A stretch of 32,000 nucleotides of DNA from Geotalea uraniireducens Rf4 (GCF_000016745.1 NC_009483.1:2040001-2072000), one strand, 5' to 3'. Positions 7,404 to 15,244 are shown, numbered from the stretch's first letter. Program-made: numbers and translations. Notes: a model not told the origin generated them from the sequence alone.

Positions 7404-8296
7404 ATCTTACCGAATTGAAAACGCCGATCCGCCTTTACTGGGACCTGCCGTCACACCCGGCTGACACAAACCTGGATTATCCGGGTATCTGCGAGCAGAT
7501 CATCTCGCTCAGGATACTGAGCCTCGGTATAACTGAAACGGCCCCCGCCGTGAGCGACGGCTGTCTGGCGATTCTGGAGAGGCTCAAAAAGCAGCCCATT
7601 GCCACATCCCTTACCGTTTCTTCTTCTGTGCTAGACACTGCTGCCCTGTCCCTCCTTCACGGCTTTAACGTCCGCCTGCTCCTGGTCCGGGCCTCCACCC
7701 TGGACGACCTGCGGGTAGTGCCCCGGCTGAAGACTTCCGATGGGGCAAAGCCACAGCTCGGTGTTTCCTTTGAGGTCAGCGCTGATAATTTCGGAATCCT
7801 GCCGGAGGTATTGTCCTATTGCGTGGAGAACGGCATCCAGCACCTGGTCCTTCCCATGCAACGGTTGAAGGCAGGCGATGATTGCTTTCAGCTGGGCAGG
7901 TCCGAGCGTGAATCGCTCTCCTCAAATCTTGCCGGGATCGACCGGCCCGCCACCATGAAGATCACTATCCACGACCCGTTTCTCTGGCGGGTGTTTTTCC
8001 CCAGCGTCTCCTTTCCCGACGGTAGTTGCCAGGCGGCAAACACCATGCTTTATATTGCCGGGAACGGCGACGTCCATCCTTGCCCTACCTTGCCGTACAA
8101 GCTCGGCAATCTTGCCGGCACTACATTGCGTGCGATTGTTGAATCAACTGGAAAAAAAGAGTTGAGGGAAAGGCTCATCAATCCCCCTGCGGGGTGCGCA
8201 TGCTGCGCTGAGCTGGATCAATGCCGGGGCGGCTGCCGCGGTAGGGGATATTTTCTGACGGAATCGTGGGATGAGGCCGATCCGGGCTGTCTTTGA
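7400..8296 (+). CDS. SPASM-domain protein lacking the radical SAM CxxxCxxC motif (paralog of the upstream gene)
   Basis: ATGA start/stop overlap at 7400-7403. 298 aa with no CxxxCxxC in the N-terminal half. C-terminal pattern: CQAANTMLYIAGNGDVHPC ... CACCAELDQCRGGC ... PGC. Confidence 0.75.
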   Translation: MNLTELKTPIRLYWDLPSHPADTNLDYPGICEQIISLRILSLGITETAPAVSDGCLAILERLKKQPIATSLTVSSSVLDTAALSLLHGFNVRLLLVRASTLDDLRVVPRLKTSDGAKPQLGVSFEVSADNFGILPEVLSYCVENGIQHLVLPMQRLKAGDDCFQLGRSERESLSSNLAGIDRPATMKITIHDPFLWRVFFPSVSFPDGSCQAANTMLYIAGNGDVHPCPTLPYKLGNLAGTTLRAIVESTGKKELRERLINPPAGCACCAELDQCRGGCRGRGYFLTESWDEADPGCL

Positions 8297-8328
8297 TTTG
8301 CCAGGAGCCGCGGCACCCGTGTTTCGGC

Positions 8329-8637
8329 TTATTTCGCCGGCGTTTTTTTCTCGCTTGTGGTGGGCCGGTCCATTTCCATTGGAACAAGGGCGATCTCAAT
8401 ACGGCGGTTAAGCTTCCTCCCCTTTTGGGTGTTGTTGGAAGCCGCCGGTTGGTTGGGACCGTAACCTGTCAGGGCAAGAAGCTTCGGATTTATCTTTCCC
8501 TTCTTCTGCAGGTGCTTGACCTGAGCATCTCTTGCTTTACAAATCAAGGTTGTATGGGGTATCTTGTGGCCTGATAAATACCGAATACCTGGCCAAACTT
8601 GTTGATGATTTAACGCAGAACTTTGAACGTAGAACAT
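8329..8637 (-). pseudogene. OmpA/MotB C-terminal domain remnant (degenerate, N-terminal part missing)
   Basis: The tail of ORF 8329..9003 (-) reads ...LSGHKIPHTTLICKARDAQVKHLQKKGKINPKLLALTGYGPNQPAASNNTQKGRKLNRRIEIALVP, with the OmpA_C hallmarks GYG..P, NRR and EI. The YN..LS segment appears only in another frame (PYNLDL), suggesting a 1-nt indel. Upstream sequence runs into the mutL start. Confidence 0.4.
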
Positions 8638-8662
8638 AGAACTATGTAGTACGAGGTTTGCC

Positions 8663-10471
8663 GTGGCCACACGCATCAAGATACTTCCCGAAAACCTGAC
8701 CAACAAGATTGCCGCCGGCGAGGTGGTGGAACGCCCCGCATCGGTGGTGAAGGAACTGGTGGAGAACGCCCTTGACGCCGGCTGTTCCGAGGTGGTGGTG
8801 GAGATCGAGGCAGGTGGGAGGCGGCTGATCAAGGTCACTGACTCCGGTTGCGGCATGACCCGGGAGGATGCCCTCCTGGCTCTGGAACGCCATGCCACCA
8901 GCAAGATAGCCAGCGACAGCGACCTGTTCGGCCTGGCTACCCTCGGCTTTCGCGGCGAGGCGCTCCCCTCCATTGCTTCTGTTTCCCGTTTCGCTCTCGC
9001 CACCAGGGAAAAAGGGGCAATCGAAGGAACGGAGATCTACGCCGAAGGGGGGCGGGTCAAGGAGGTCAAGGTCTGCGGCATGGCCGAAGGGACCGTGATT
9101 TCGGTGCGGAACCTGTTTTTCAACACCCCGGCGCGGCTGAAGTTCATGAAGAGCAGCGACACCGAGGCGGGGCACGTGGGGGATCTCCTCACCAAGCTGG
9201 CCATTTCCCGGCCCGATGTGCGCTTTATCTACAACAACGACGGCAGGACCATATTCCGGGCGCTGGATGCCGACCTGCGCGAGCGGGTGGCGACTCTCCT
9301 CGGCCGGGCACTGTCGGCCGACCTCTATCCGCTCGATTTTCACGACGGCCCGCTCGGCGTTACCGGATTGATCGCCAAACCGGAATGCAGCCGCTCTGCG
9401 GCTTCCCACCTATACACATACATCAACGGCCGCTTCATCAAGGACAAGGTGGTGCAGCATGCCGTGCTTCAGGCTTACCGCAACTTCATGGAGCGCGGCC
9501 GCTACCCGGTGGTGGTGCTGTTCATCACTGTTCCGGCCGATGAGGTGGATGTGAACGTCCATCCGACCAAGCACGAGGTCAGATTCCGCGAGCAGGGGAG
9601 GGTGCACGACGCCATCCAGGCGGCGTTGGAGTCGGTCCTGCGCGCCACCCCCTGGGTGCGGAAGCAGGCAGCGCCGCAACCGTTCGCTTCCCCCCCGCCG
9701 GCATCGGAGGCAAGCGCGACACGAGTTGCCGAGGTACGGGAGACCCTTGCCAGGTACAGCCCGGAAAAGCATCTGCAGCAGTCCTTTACGGTGCCGCCTG
9801 CTGCGACATTCCAGCGGCAGCAAGGCGCTGTCTCGCTTCCCGTTGCGGCCAGGGAAGACGATACCGCGTCAGACAAGACGGAGTCGAAGGGCTATTATTG
9901 TTCGCTTTCGGTTATCGGCCAGTTCAATGCTGCCTATATCCTCTGTCAGGATGGCACTGACCTGGTGATCATCGACCAGCACGCCGCCCACGAGCGGGTC
10001 GCCTTTGAAAAACTCAAGGCGCAGTTTGCCGCGGCACAAGTGGAGTCGCAACGGCTGCTTTTTCCCGAGACCATCGAGCTTTCTTTCAAGGAAGGGGCGA
10101 CTCTCAGGGAGCATCTGGCTGAACTGGGCAGGCTCGGTTTTTCCCTGGAGGAATTCGGCGGCGCAACCTGGCTGTTGAACGCCGTCCCCCGTCTCTTGAG
10201 CGGCACGGACTACCTGCGCACCCTGAGGGATATCCTCGAAGAGTTGCAAACTCTCGGCAGAAGCCGTACCTTTGCCGATGCACTGGAAGAAATCCTTTCC
10301 CGCATCGCCTGTCACAGTGTGGTGCGGGGCATCCATCCCCTGAACGGGCAGGAGATCAGTGCCCTCTTTGCCCAGATGGATGCCACCGAGTTTTCCAGCA
10401 ACTGCCCCCACGGCAGGCCGGTGCTGCGCAGCTTGACCCTTCCCGAGATCGAGCGGATGTTTAAAAGGTAG
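8663..10471 (+). CDS. mutL: DNA mismatch repair endonuclease MutL
   Basis: 602-aa ORF with a GTG start. N-terminus: IKILPENLTNKIAAGEVVERPASVVKELVENALDAG (GHKL ATPase). C-terminus: DQHAAHERV ... CPHGRP endonuclease motifs. Confidence 0.92.
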   Translation: MATRIKILPENLTNKIAAGEVVERPASVVKELVENALDAGCSEVVVEIEAGGRRLIKVTDSGCGMTREDALLALERHATSKIASDSDLFGLATLGFRGEALPSIASVSRFALATREKGAIEGTEIYAEGGRVKEVKVCGMAEGTVISVRNLFFNTPARLKFMKSSDTEAGHVGDLLTKLAISRPDVRFIYNNDGRTIFRALDADLRERVATLLGRALSADLYPLDFHDGPLGVTGLIAKPECSRSAASHLYTYINGRFIKDKVVQHAVLQAYRNFMERGRYPVVVLFITVPADEVDVNVHPTKHEVRFREQGRVHDAIQAALESVLRATPWVRKQAAPQPFASPPPASEASATRVAEVRETLARYSPEKHLQQSFTVPPAATFQRQQGAVSLPVAAREDDTASDKTESKGYYCSLSVIGQFNAAYILCQDGTDLVIIDQHAAHERVAFEKLKAQFAAAQVESQRLLFPETIELSFKEGATLREHLAELGRLGFSLEEFGGATWLLNAVPRLLSGTDYLRTLRDILEELQTLGRSRTFADALEEILSRIACHSVVRGIHPLNGQEISALFAQMDATEFSSNCPHGRPVLRSLTLPEIERMFKR

Positions 10472-10479
10472 TGAAAGGC

Positions 10480-10576
10480 GGTCGGTGGTCGGTGGTCGGT
10501 GGTCGGTGGTCGGTGGTCGGTGGTCGGTGGTCGGTCGGCAGTGGATGGTGGATGGTGATGTTGATGGTCGATGGTG
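10480..10576. repeat. heptanucleotide tandem array: (GGTCGGT)x8 perfect (10480-10535), then degenerate GGATGGT/GATGGTC units
   Basis: Read directly from the sequence. It begins 9 nt after the mutL stop and runs into the probable miaA start region. Confidence 0.9.
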
Positions 10577-11496
10577 AAGACAAAATAAAACTGATAATTA
10601 TCGTCGGGCCGACCGCTTCCGGCAAGACCGAACTGGCGGTTCGTCTGGCTGAGCGTTTCGATGGGGAGATTGTCAATGCCGATTCCATGCAGGTCTATCG
10701 CGGTATGGACATCGGCACGGCAAAGCCTTCGCCGCAGTTGAGGCAACGCGTTCCCCATCACCTCGTCGATATTGTCACACCGGACGTGAATTTTTCCGCC
10801 GCTGATTTCCGCAGGGAGGCTGCTGCTGCCATTGACGACATCCATAGTCGCGGCAAGAGCGTCTTCGTTGTCGGTGGAACCGGGCTTTACATCCGGGCAC
10901 TGCTCCAGGGGCTGGTCGATTCTCCCAGCGGCGACGAATCCATTCGCCGGGAACTTGTCGAACTGGCGCAAACAGTGGGCAACGAGGAGCTGTTGCGCCG
11001 GCTTGCCCTGGTCGATCCTGAAACGGCGGAACGCCTCCACCCCAATGACCGGCTGCGGATTATCCGCGCCCTGGAGGTATACCGCCAGACCGGCCGGCCC
11101 ATATCCACGTTCAGGAGCGAGCACGGGTTTGCCGATACCTATTACGATTGCCTTAAGATCGGCCTGCGCGTTGAGCGGCAGGAACTTTATCGCCGCGTTG
11201 AGAGCCGGGTCGAGGTGATGATCGAGCAGGGGCTCATCGCCGAGGTGGAGGGGCTTTTACGTGCCGGTTACACTCCCGATCTGAAGTCAATGCGCTCCAT
11301 TGGCTACAAGGAAATATGCGCCTATCTTGCCGGTGAATGTACGCTGGACGAGGCGGTACAGTTGATAAAAAGGGATACGAGACACTACGCAAAGCGGCAA
11401 ATGACCTGGTTTAATAAAGATTTTGAAATTAATTGGGTTGAATATCCTGAGAGTTTTGCTACTATTTGTAACCATGTGATAGAATTTTTTGCTTAA
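10552..11496 (+). CDS. miaA: tRNA dimethylallyltransferase MiaA
   Basis: KLIIIVGPTASGKTELAVRLAERF (P-loop), NADSMQVYRGMDIGTAKP and RHYAKRQMTWF. The start is uncertain: in-frame ATGs lie at 10552, 10558 and 10564. The track start at 10471 (GTG) reads through the heptamer array and is probably not used. Confidence 0.88.
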   Translation: MVMLMVDGEDKIKLIIIVGPTASGKTELAVRLAERFDGEIVNADSMQVYRGMDIGTAKPSPQLRQRVPHHLVDIVTPDVNFSAADFRREAAAAIDDIHSRGKSVFVVGGTGLYIRALLQGLVDSPSGDESIRRELVELAQTVGNEELLRRLALVDPETAERLHPNDRLRIIRALEVYRQTGRPISTFRSEHGFADTYYDCLKIGLRVERQELYRRVESRVEVMIEQGLIAEVEGLLRAGYTPDLKSMRSIGYKEICAYLAGECTLDEAVQLIKRDTRHYAKRQMTWFNKDFEINWVEYPESFATICNHVIEFFA

Positions 11497-11507
11497 AGGA
11501 GAGGATC

Positions 11508-11732
11508 ATGCCGAAAGCACCGTTCAATATCCAGGATCAGTATCTGAATCAGGCGCGCAAGGAGCGGGTCAAGGTTACTGTGCAGCTCATGGCCGGTACC
11601 AAGATGGAAGGGTATATCAAGTCTTTCGATAATTTCTCCGTGCTCATGGAAGTCCAGGGGGACATTCTTATCTATAAGCATGCCATCTCAAGCATAACAT
11701 CAGTGGACGGCACGTTCCGCCTGCACCAATAG
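11508..11732 (+). CDS. hfq: RNA chaperone Hfq
   Basis: 74 aa: FNIQDQYLNQARKERVKVTVQLMAGTKMEGYIKSFDNFSVLME...ILIYKHAISSI (Sm1/Sm2 motifs). AGGAGAGG SD upstream. Confidence 0.95.
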   Translation: MPKAPFNIQDQYLNQARKERVKVTVQLMAGTKMEGYIKSFDNFSVLMEVQGDILIYKHAISSITSVDGTFRLHQ

Positions 11733-11773
11733 CATTTGTCTGCTTCAACCAAAGAACAGCAATTCCTGCATCA

Positions 11774-11785
11774 ATCAGATTTGAT
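11774..11785. repeat. copy 2 of the near-palindromic motif ATCAGATTTGAT
   Basis: AATCAGATTTGATC plus about 30 nt of downstream similarity to copy 1 (TAAAATG-TTTTTTCAGGATAAA versus TTAAATGCTTTTTCAAGGTTAAA). Confidence 0.5.
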
Positions 11786-11813
11786 CGGCGATAAAATGTT
11801 TTTTCAGGATAAA

Positions 11814-11850
11814 GCGTGTAGGGGTGGCCTGACGGGTCTCCCCTACACGC
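11814..11850 (+). terminator. hairpin downstream of hfq
   Basis: Perfect 11-bp stem GCGTGTAGGGG / CCCCTACACGC with a 15-nt loop. Only a weak T tract (ATTT) follows. Confidence 0.45.
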
Positions 11851-11874
11851 ATTTCAACATCCGGTACTTAACCA

Positions 11875-12948
11875 ATGAACAATAAAGAAAAATTCCTGGC
11901 CGTTCTTGCCGGGCTTTTATGCATAGGCGCAATCATTCTGGTTTATTTTTCGGTGACCATTTTCCTGCCGGTGTTTATAGCCCTGATCCTTACTTATATC
12001 CTCAATCCGCTCGTCGTCATGCTCGTGAAGAGGGGGATGAACCGGACAGTGGCCATCATTGCCGTTTTTTGTTTCCTCGTTCTTCTGGCAATGCTTACCG
12101 GCTTCCTCTTTATCAGCTCTCTGAAGGCCGAATTCAGCACCGTGCAGATAAACCTGCCGGAATACGCCGGCCGGCTTTATGGGTACATTCCCGGAGAGGT
12201 CAAGACCTATCTGGATATCGAAACTCCCGCAAAGGCCTACCAGCACCTGAACGCCGCACTGGAAGAGCTGCGCGGCATCTCTTTCAACCTGTTCAAAGAG
12301 ACCTTTGCAGTCGTTACCCGGGCCTTCAGCTCTACCCTTGCCTTTATCCTTGCCGTGCTCGGCTATTTCATCACCCCGATCTATCTTTACTATTTCCTCA
12401 GCGACCTGTCCGAAATGAAAAGCGGTATGCTCGACCTCATCCCCGAACGCCACCGGGACCGGTTGCGGGAGAGAGTAGGTGAGGTCAATGAGGTCTTGTC
12501 CGCCTTTGTTTGCGGCCAGTTGTCGGTCTGCGCCATCCTTGCCGTGCTCTACAGCATCGGCCTTTATGTTATCGGCATCGACCTGGCGGTGCTGATCGGA
12601 ACGCTGGCGGGCGCCCTGTTCATCATCCCCTATTTCGGCACCATCCTCGGCATAATTTTCTCCATGACCATGGCGCTGCTCAAATTCCACGACTTTCTCC
12701 ACCCGCTTCTCTGCCTGGGCTGGTTCGCCCTGGTTCAGGCTGCGGAAGGAGGGATCATTACCCCGAAAATCGTCGGGGACAAGGTCGGCCTGCACCCAAT
12801 CATCACCATTCTGGCGCTACTGATCGGCGGCCAGTTGTTCGGCATTTTCGGCATGCTCCTGGCGGTGCCGGTGACCGCTGTTTTGAACGTATTTTTCCGC
12901 TCGCTGCTCGATTATTACCGGAGAACAGCCTACTATAAAGGTGCCTGA
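11875..12948 (+). CDS. AI-2E family transporter (PerM/YhhT-like permease)
   Basis: 357-aa polytopic membrane ORF with the family-typical C-terminal region ...EGGIITPKIVGDKVGLHPIITILALLIGGQLFGIFGMLLAVP. Confidence 0.8.
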   Translation: MNNKEKFLAVLAGLLCIGAIILVYFSVTIFLPVFIALILTYILNPLVVMLVKRGMNRTVAIIAVFCFLVLLAMLTGFLFISSLKAEFSTVQINLPEYAGRLYGYIPGEVKTYLDIETPAKAYQHLNAALEELRGISFNLFKETFAVVTRAFSSTLAFILAVLGYFITPIYLYYFLSDLSEMKSGMLDLIPERHRDRLRERVGEVNEVLSAFVCGQLSVCAILAVLYSIGLYVIGIDLAVLIGTLAGALFIIPYFGTILGIIFSMTMALLKFHDFLHPLLCLGWFALVQAAEGGIITPKIVGDKVGLHPIITILALLIGGQLFGIFGMLLAVPVTAVLNVFFRSLLDYYRRTAYYKGA

Positions 12949-14240
12949 TGGACGGATTACTCATTGAAAAAGTCATGCCCGGCAGCGTTGCCTCCGAGCT
13001 GGAAATAGAGGCGGGTGATCGGCTCCTGGCCATAAACGGCCACCGGTTGCGGGATATAATCGACTATAACTTTTTCTCGGCCGATGAGGAACTGACCCTG
13101 GAAGTGGTCAAAAGCGACGGCGAGGTGTGGGAGATCGAGGTCGAACGGGATGAGTCCGAGCCGCTCGGCCTGATGTTCCCGGCGCCGGTTCCGGCCCAGT
13201 GCGGCAACAAGTGCGTTTTTTGTTTCGTTCACCAACTTCCCAAAGGGCTGCGCGCACCGCTCTATGTGAAAGATGAGGATTATCGCCTATCCTTTTTGTA
13301 CGGCAATTACGTCACCCTTGCCAACATCGGTCGTGCGGAGGTCGAACGGATCAAAGAACAGCGACTGTCGCCGCTTTACATCTCCGTTCACGCAACCGAT
13401 CCCCTGTTGCGGGAAAAGCTGCTCGGCAAGTCCGGGATCGTTCCGATCCTTGAGGTTATGGAGGAGCTTGCCGCTGCCCGCATCACCATGCACACCCAGG
13501 TAGTGCTCTGCCCCGGAATCAATGACGGCAGTTTCCTGGAGCAGACGGTCAATGACCTGGCGGCCCTTTATCCCCTGGTTGCCTCGCTGGCGGTGGTGCC
13601 GTTGGGATTGACCCGGCATCGCAAAGGTCTGCCGGAGCTGCGACCGGTGACCAGTGACTACGCCGCCGACCTGATTGCAGCCTGGCAACCGCGTGCGAAG
13701 GAGCTTGCCGGGCGGTTGGGCGAACCGTTTCTCTTCTTCGCCGACGAGTTTTTCATCAAGGCCGGCCTTCCGTTTCCTCCCATTGAGGAGTACGGGGATT
13801 TTCACCAGGTGGAAAACGGGGTAGGGATGGTGCCGCTCTTTCTCGATGAGGCCGCCGAAGTTCTCGACCAGGCTCAACCTTTGCAGCCCGCTACGATTAC
13901 CGTTGTCACCGGCGAGTCACCTTATCAGTATCTTAGCGATTTCCTCCGCAACCTGGGGCAAAAAACCGGCATTACCTTTCGTCCAGTGGCGATCAGAAAT
14001 CGTCTGTTCGGCGATAGTGTCACCGTTACCGGTCTGGTTTCCGGTCGGGATATCATTGACGGTCTCCGGGAGGTGGAGGTCGGGGATTTGGTCCTGATCC
14101 CCGATGTGATGTTGAAAGAGGGGGAGGGTGTGTTTCTCGACGACTTGTCTGTGGCCGATCTGCAGGATGCCTTGCACAAGGAAATAGTTGTTGTGGAATC
14201 GACGCCGTGGGGAATATACCGGGCGATTACCGGGGTTTAG
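12948..14240 (+). CDS. PDZ-domain protein with radical-SAM-like Cys motif (DUF512 family)
   Basis: The ATG overlaps the upstream stop (TGATG). N-terminal PDZ (GSVASELEIEAGDRLLAINGHRL), then CGNKCVFCF (CxxxCxxC). Overall layout resembles DUF512 proteins. Confidence 0.7.
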   Translation: MDGLLIEKVMPGSVASELEIEAGDRLLAINGHRLRDIIDYNFFSADEELTLEVVKSDGEVWEIEVERDESEPLGLMFPAPVPAQCGNKCVFCFVHQLPKGLRAPLYVKDEDYRLSFLYGNYVTLANIGRAEVERIKEQRLSPLYISVHATDPLLREKLLGKSGIVPILEVMEELAAARITMHTQVVLCPGINDGSFLEQTVNDLAALYPLVASLAVVPLGLTRHRKGLPELRPVTSDYAADLIAAWQPRAKELAGRLGEPFLFFADEFFIKAGLPFPPIEEYGDFHQVENGVGMVPLFLDEAAEVLDQAQPLQPATITVVTGESPYQYLSDFLRNLGQKTGITFRPVAIRNRLFGDSVTVTGLVSGRDIIDGLREVEVGDLVLIPDVMLKEGEGVFLDDLSVADLQDALHKEIVVVESTPWGIYRAITGV

Positions 14241-14277
14241 GCGGTTTGTCCCACGAACATCGAACGGGGGATAACCT

Positions 14278-15144
14278 ATGCAAAATTCTTGGACGGCTGT
14301 ACCGCTATTTCTTATGCGGCTTGGTCTGGCGCTCTTCTTTCTGCTGTCGCTTCCGAGGGGGGGAGAATGTCACGCCGAGCGATCGGTTCTCAGGGTCAGT
14401 GACCGAAAGATAATCAGCTTCAGTCGGATGATGGACGAAATCAAGGGCACCCAGGTGGTGGTTATCGGCGAAAACCACGACAACCCCGAACATCATCAAT
14501 TGCAGCTTGACGTCATTGACGCTTTCCATCAGGCAGACAGACCGCTGGTGATAGGTCTGGAGATGTTCAACGCCGACAATCAGCGGCAGCTCGACCGCTG
14601 GATTGCGGGAAAACTGGACAAACCGAGCTTTATCCGACTCTATTACGACAACTGGCGGATGCCGTGGTCTTTGTACAGTGAAATTTTCCTCTATGCCCGT
14701 GACCATGGGATTCCGCTTCTAGGTCTTAACATTGAGCAGGGTATACCCCAGAAAGTGGCACGCCGGGGATTTGGATCGCTTACGCGCAAAGAATTGAAAA
14801 AAGTGCCATCCGGCATCACCTGTGATGTGGATGCTGCCTACATGGCGTTCATAAGACGTGCCTATACAACCCACACCAGGGACGAGAAATCCTTTGTCCA
14901 TTTCTGTGAAGCCCAGAAATTGTGGAACGTGGCAATGGCTTCGCGAATCATCGGTTATTTTGAAAAGCATGTCGGACAAACCATGGTGGTTCTTACTGGG
15001 ACAGGCCATGCGCTGAAAAGGGGAATGCCTGCGGAGATAGGGCAGTCCTCGCATCTGACATATAAGGTTATACTCCCGGAATTTCCTGAAATGGCAAGGA
15101 AAGACGTTACAGTTAACGACGCTGATTACATGATTCTGGAGTGA
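14278..15144 (+). CDS. ChaN-family (haem-binding uptake/Tiki-like) secreted protein
   Basis: Signal peptide, then VVVIGENHDNPEHHQLQLDVI...IGLEMF...QRQLDRW, characteristic of the ChaN family. Confidence 0.7.
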   Translation: MQNSWTAVPLFLMRLGLALFFLLSLPRGGECHAERSVLRVSDRKIISFSRMMDEIKGTQVVVIGENHDNPEHHQLQLDVIDAFHQADRPLVIGLEMFNADNQRQLDRWIAGKLDKPSFIRLYYDNWRMPWSLYSEIFLYARDHGIPLLGLNIEQGIPQKVARRGFGSLTRKELKKVPSGITCDVDAAYMAFIRRAYTTHTRDEKSFVHFCEAQKLWNVAMASRIIGYFEKHVGQTMVVLTGTGHALKRGMPAEIGQSSHLTYKVILPEFPEMARKDVTVNDADYMILE

Positions 15145-15163
15145 GCACCTTCGATATGGTAAT

Positions 15164-15205
15164 AAAAAACAAGGGGACAGTCTGGTCGGCTGTCCCCTTG
15201 TTTTA
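15164..15205. terminator. bidirectional rho-independent terminator
   Basis: AAAAAACAAGGGGACAG-tctggtcgg-CTGTCCCCTTGTTTT. It has an A tract on the left and a T tract on the right, and lies between convergent genes. Confidence 0.8.
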
Positions 15206-15244
15206 GTATGTCGATTGTAATGGCCCTCTTCGTCACTTCTGAAG

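Noticed and set aside
10480-10535. Tandem arrays considered as CRISPR
   Set aside because: The units are 7 nt and contiguous with no spacers, and no cas genes are present in the window.
10471-10551. GTG-initiated N-terminal extension of miaA giving a GGRWSVV repeat peptide
   Set aside because: GGTCGGT contains no stop codon in any + frame, so the open frame is a by-product of the repeat. MiaA proteins normally begin a few residues before the GPTASGKT P-loop.
8642-11124. Minus-strand ORFs 8642..9409, 9410..9823, 9869..10411 and 10312..11124
   Set aside because: All are antisense to mutL or miaA. The PTDHRPPTTDHRPP segment is simply the heptamer array read on the other strand.
11917-12795. 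292-aa minus-strand ORF and 187-aa + ORF inside the AI-2E transporter gene
   Set aside because: They are alternative frames of a strongly supported membrane-protein gene and have no motifs.
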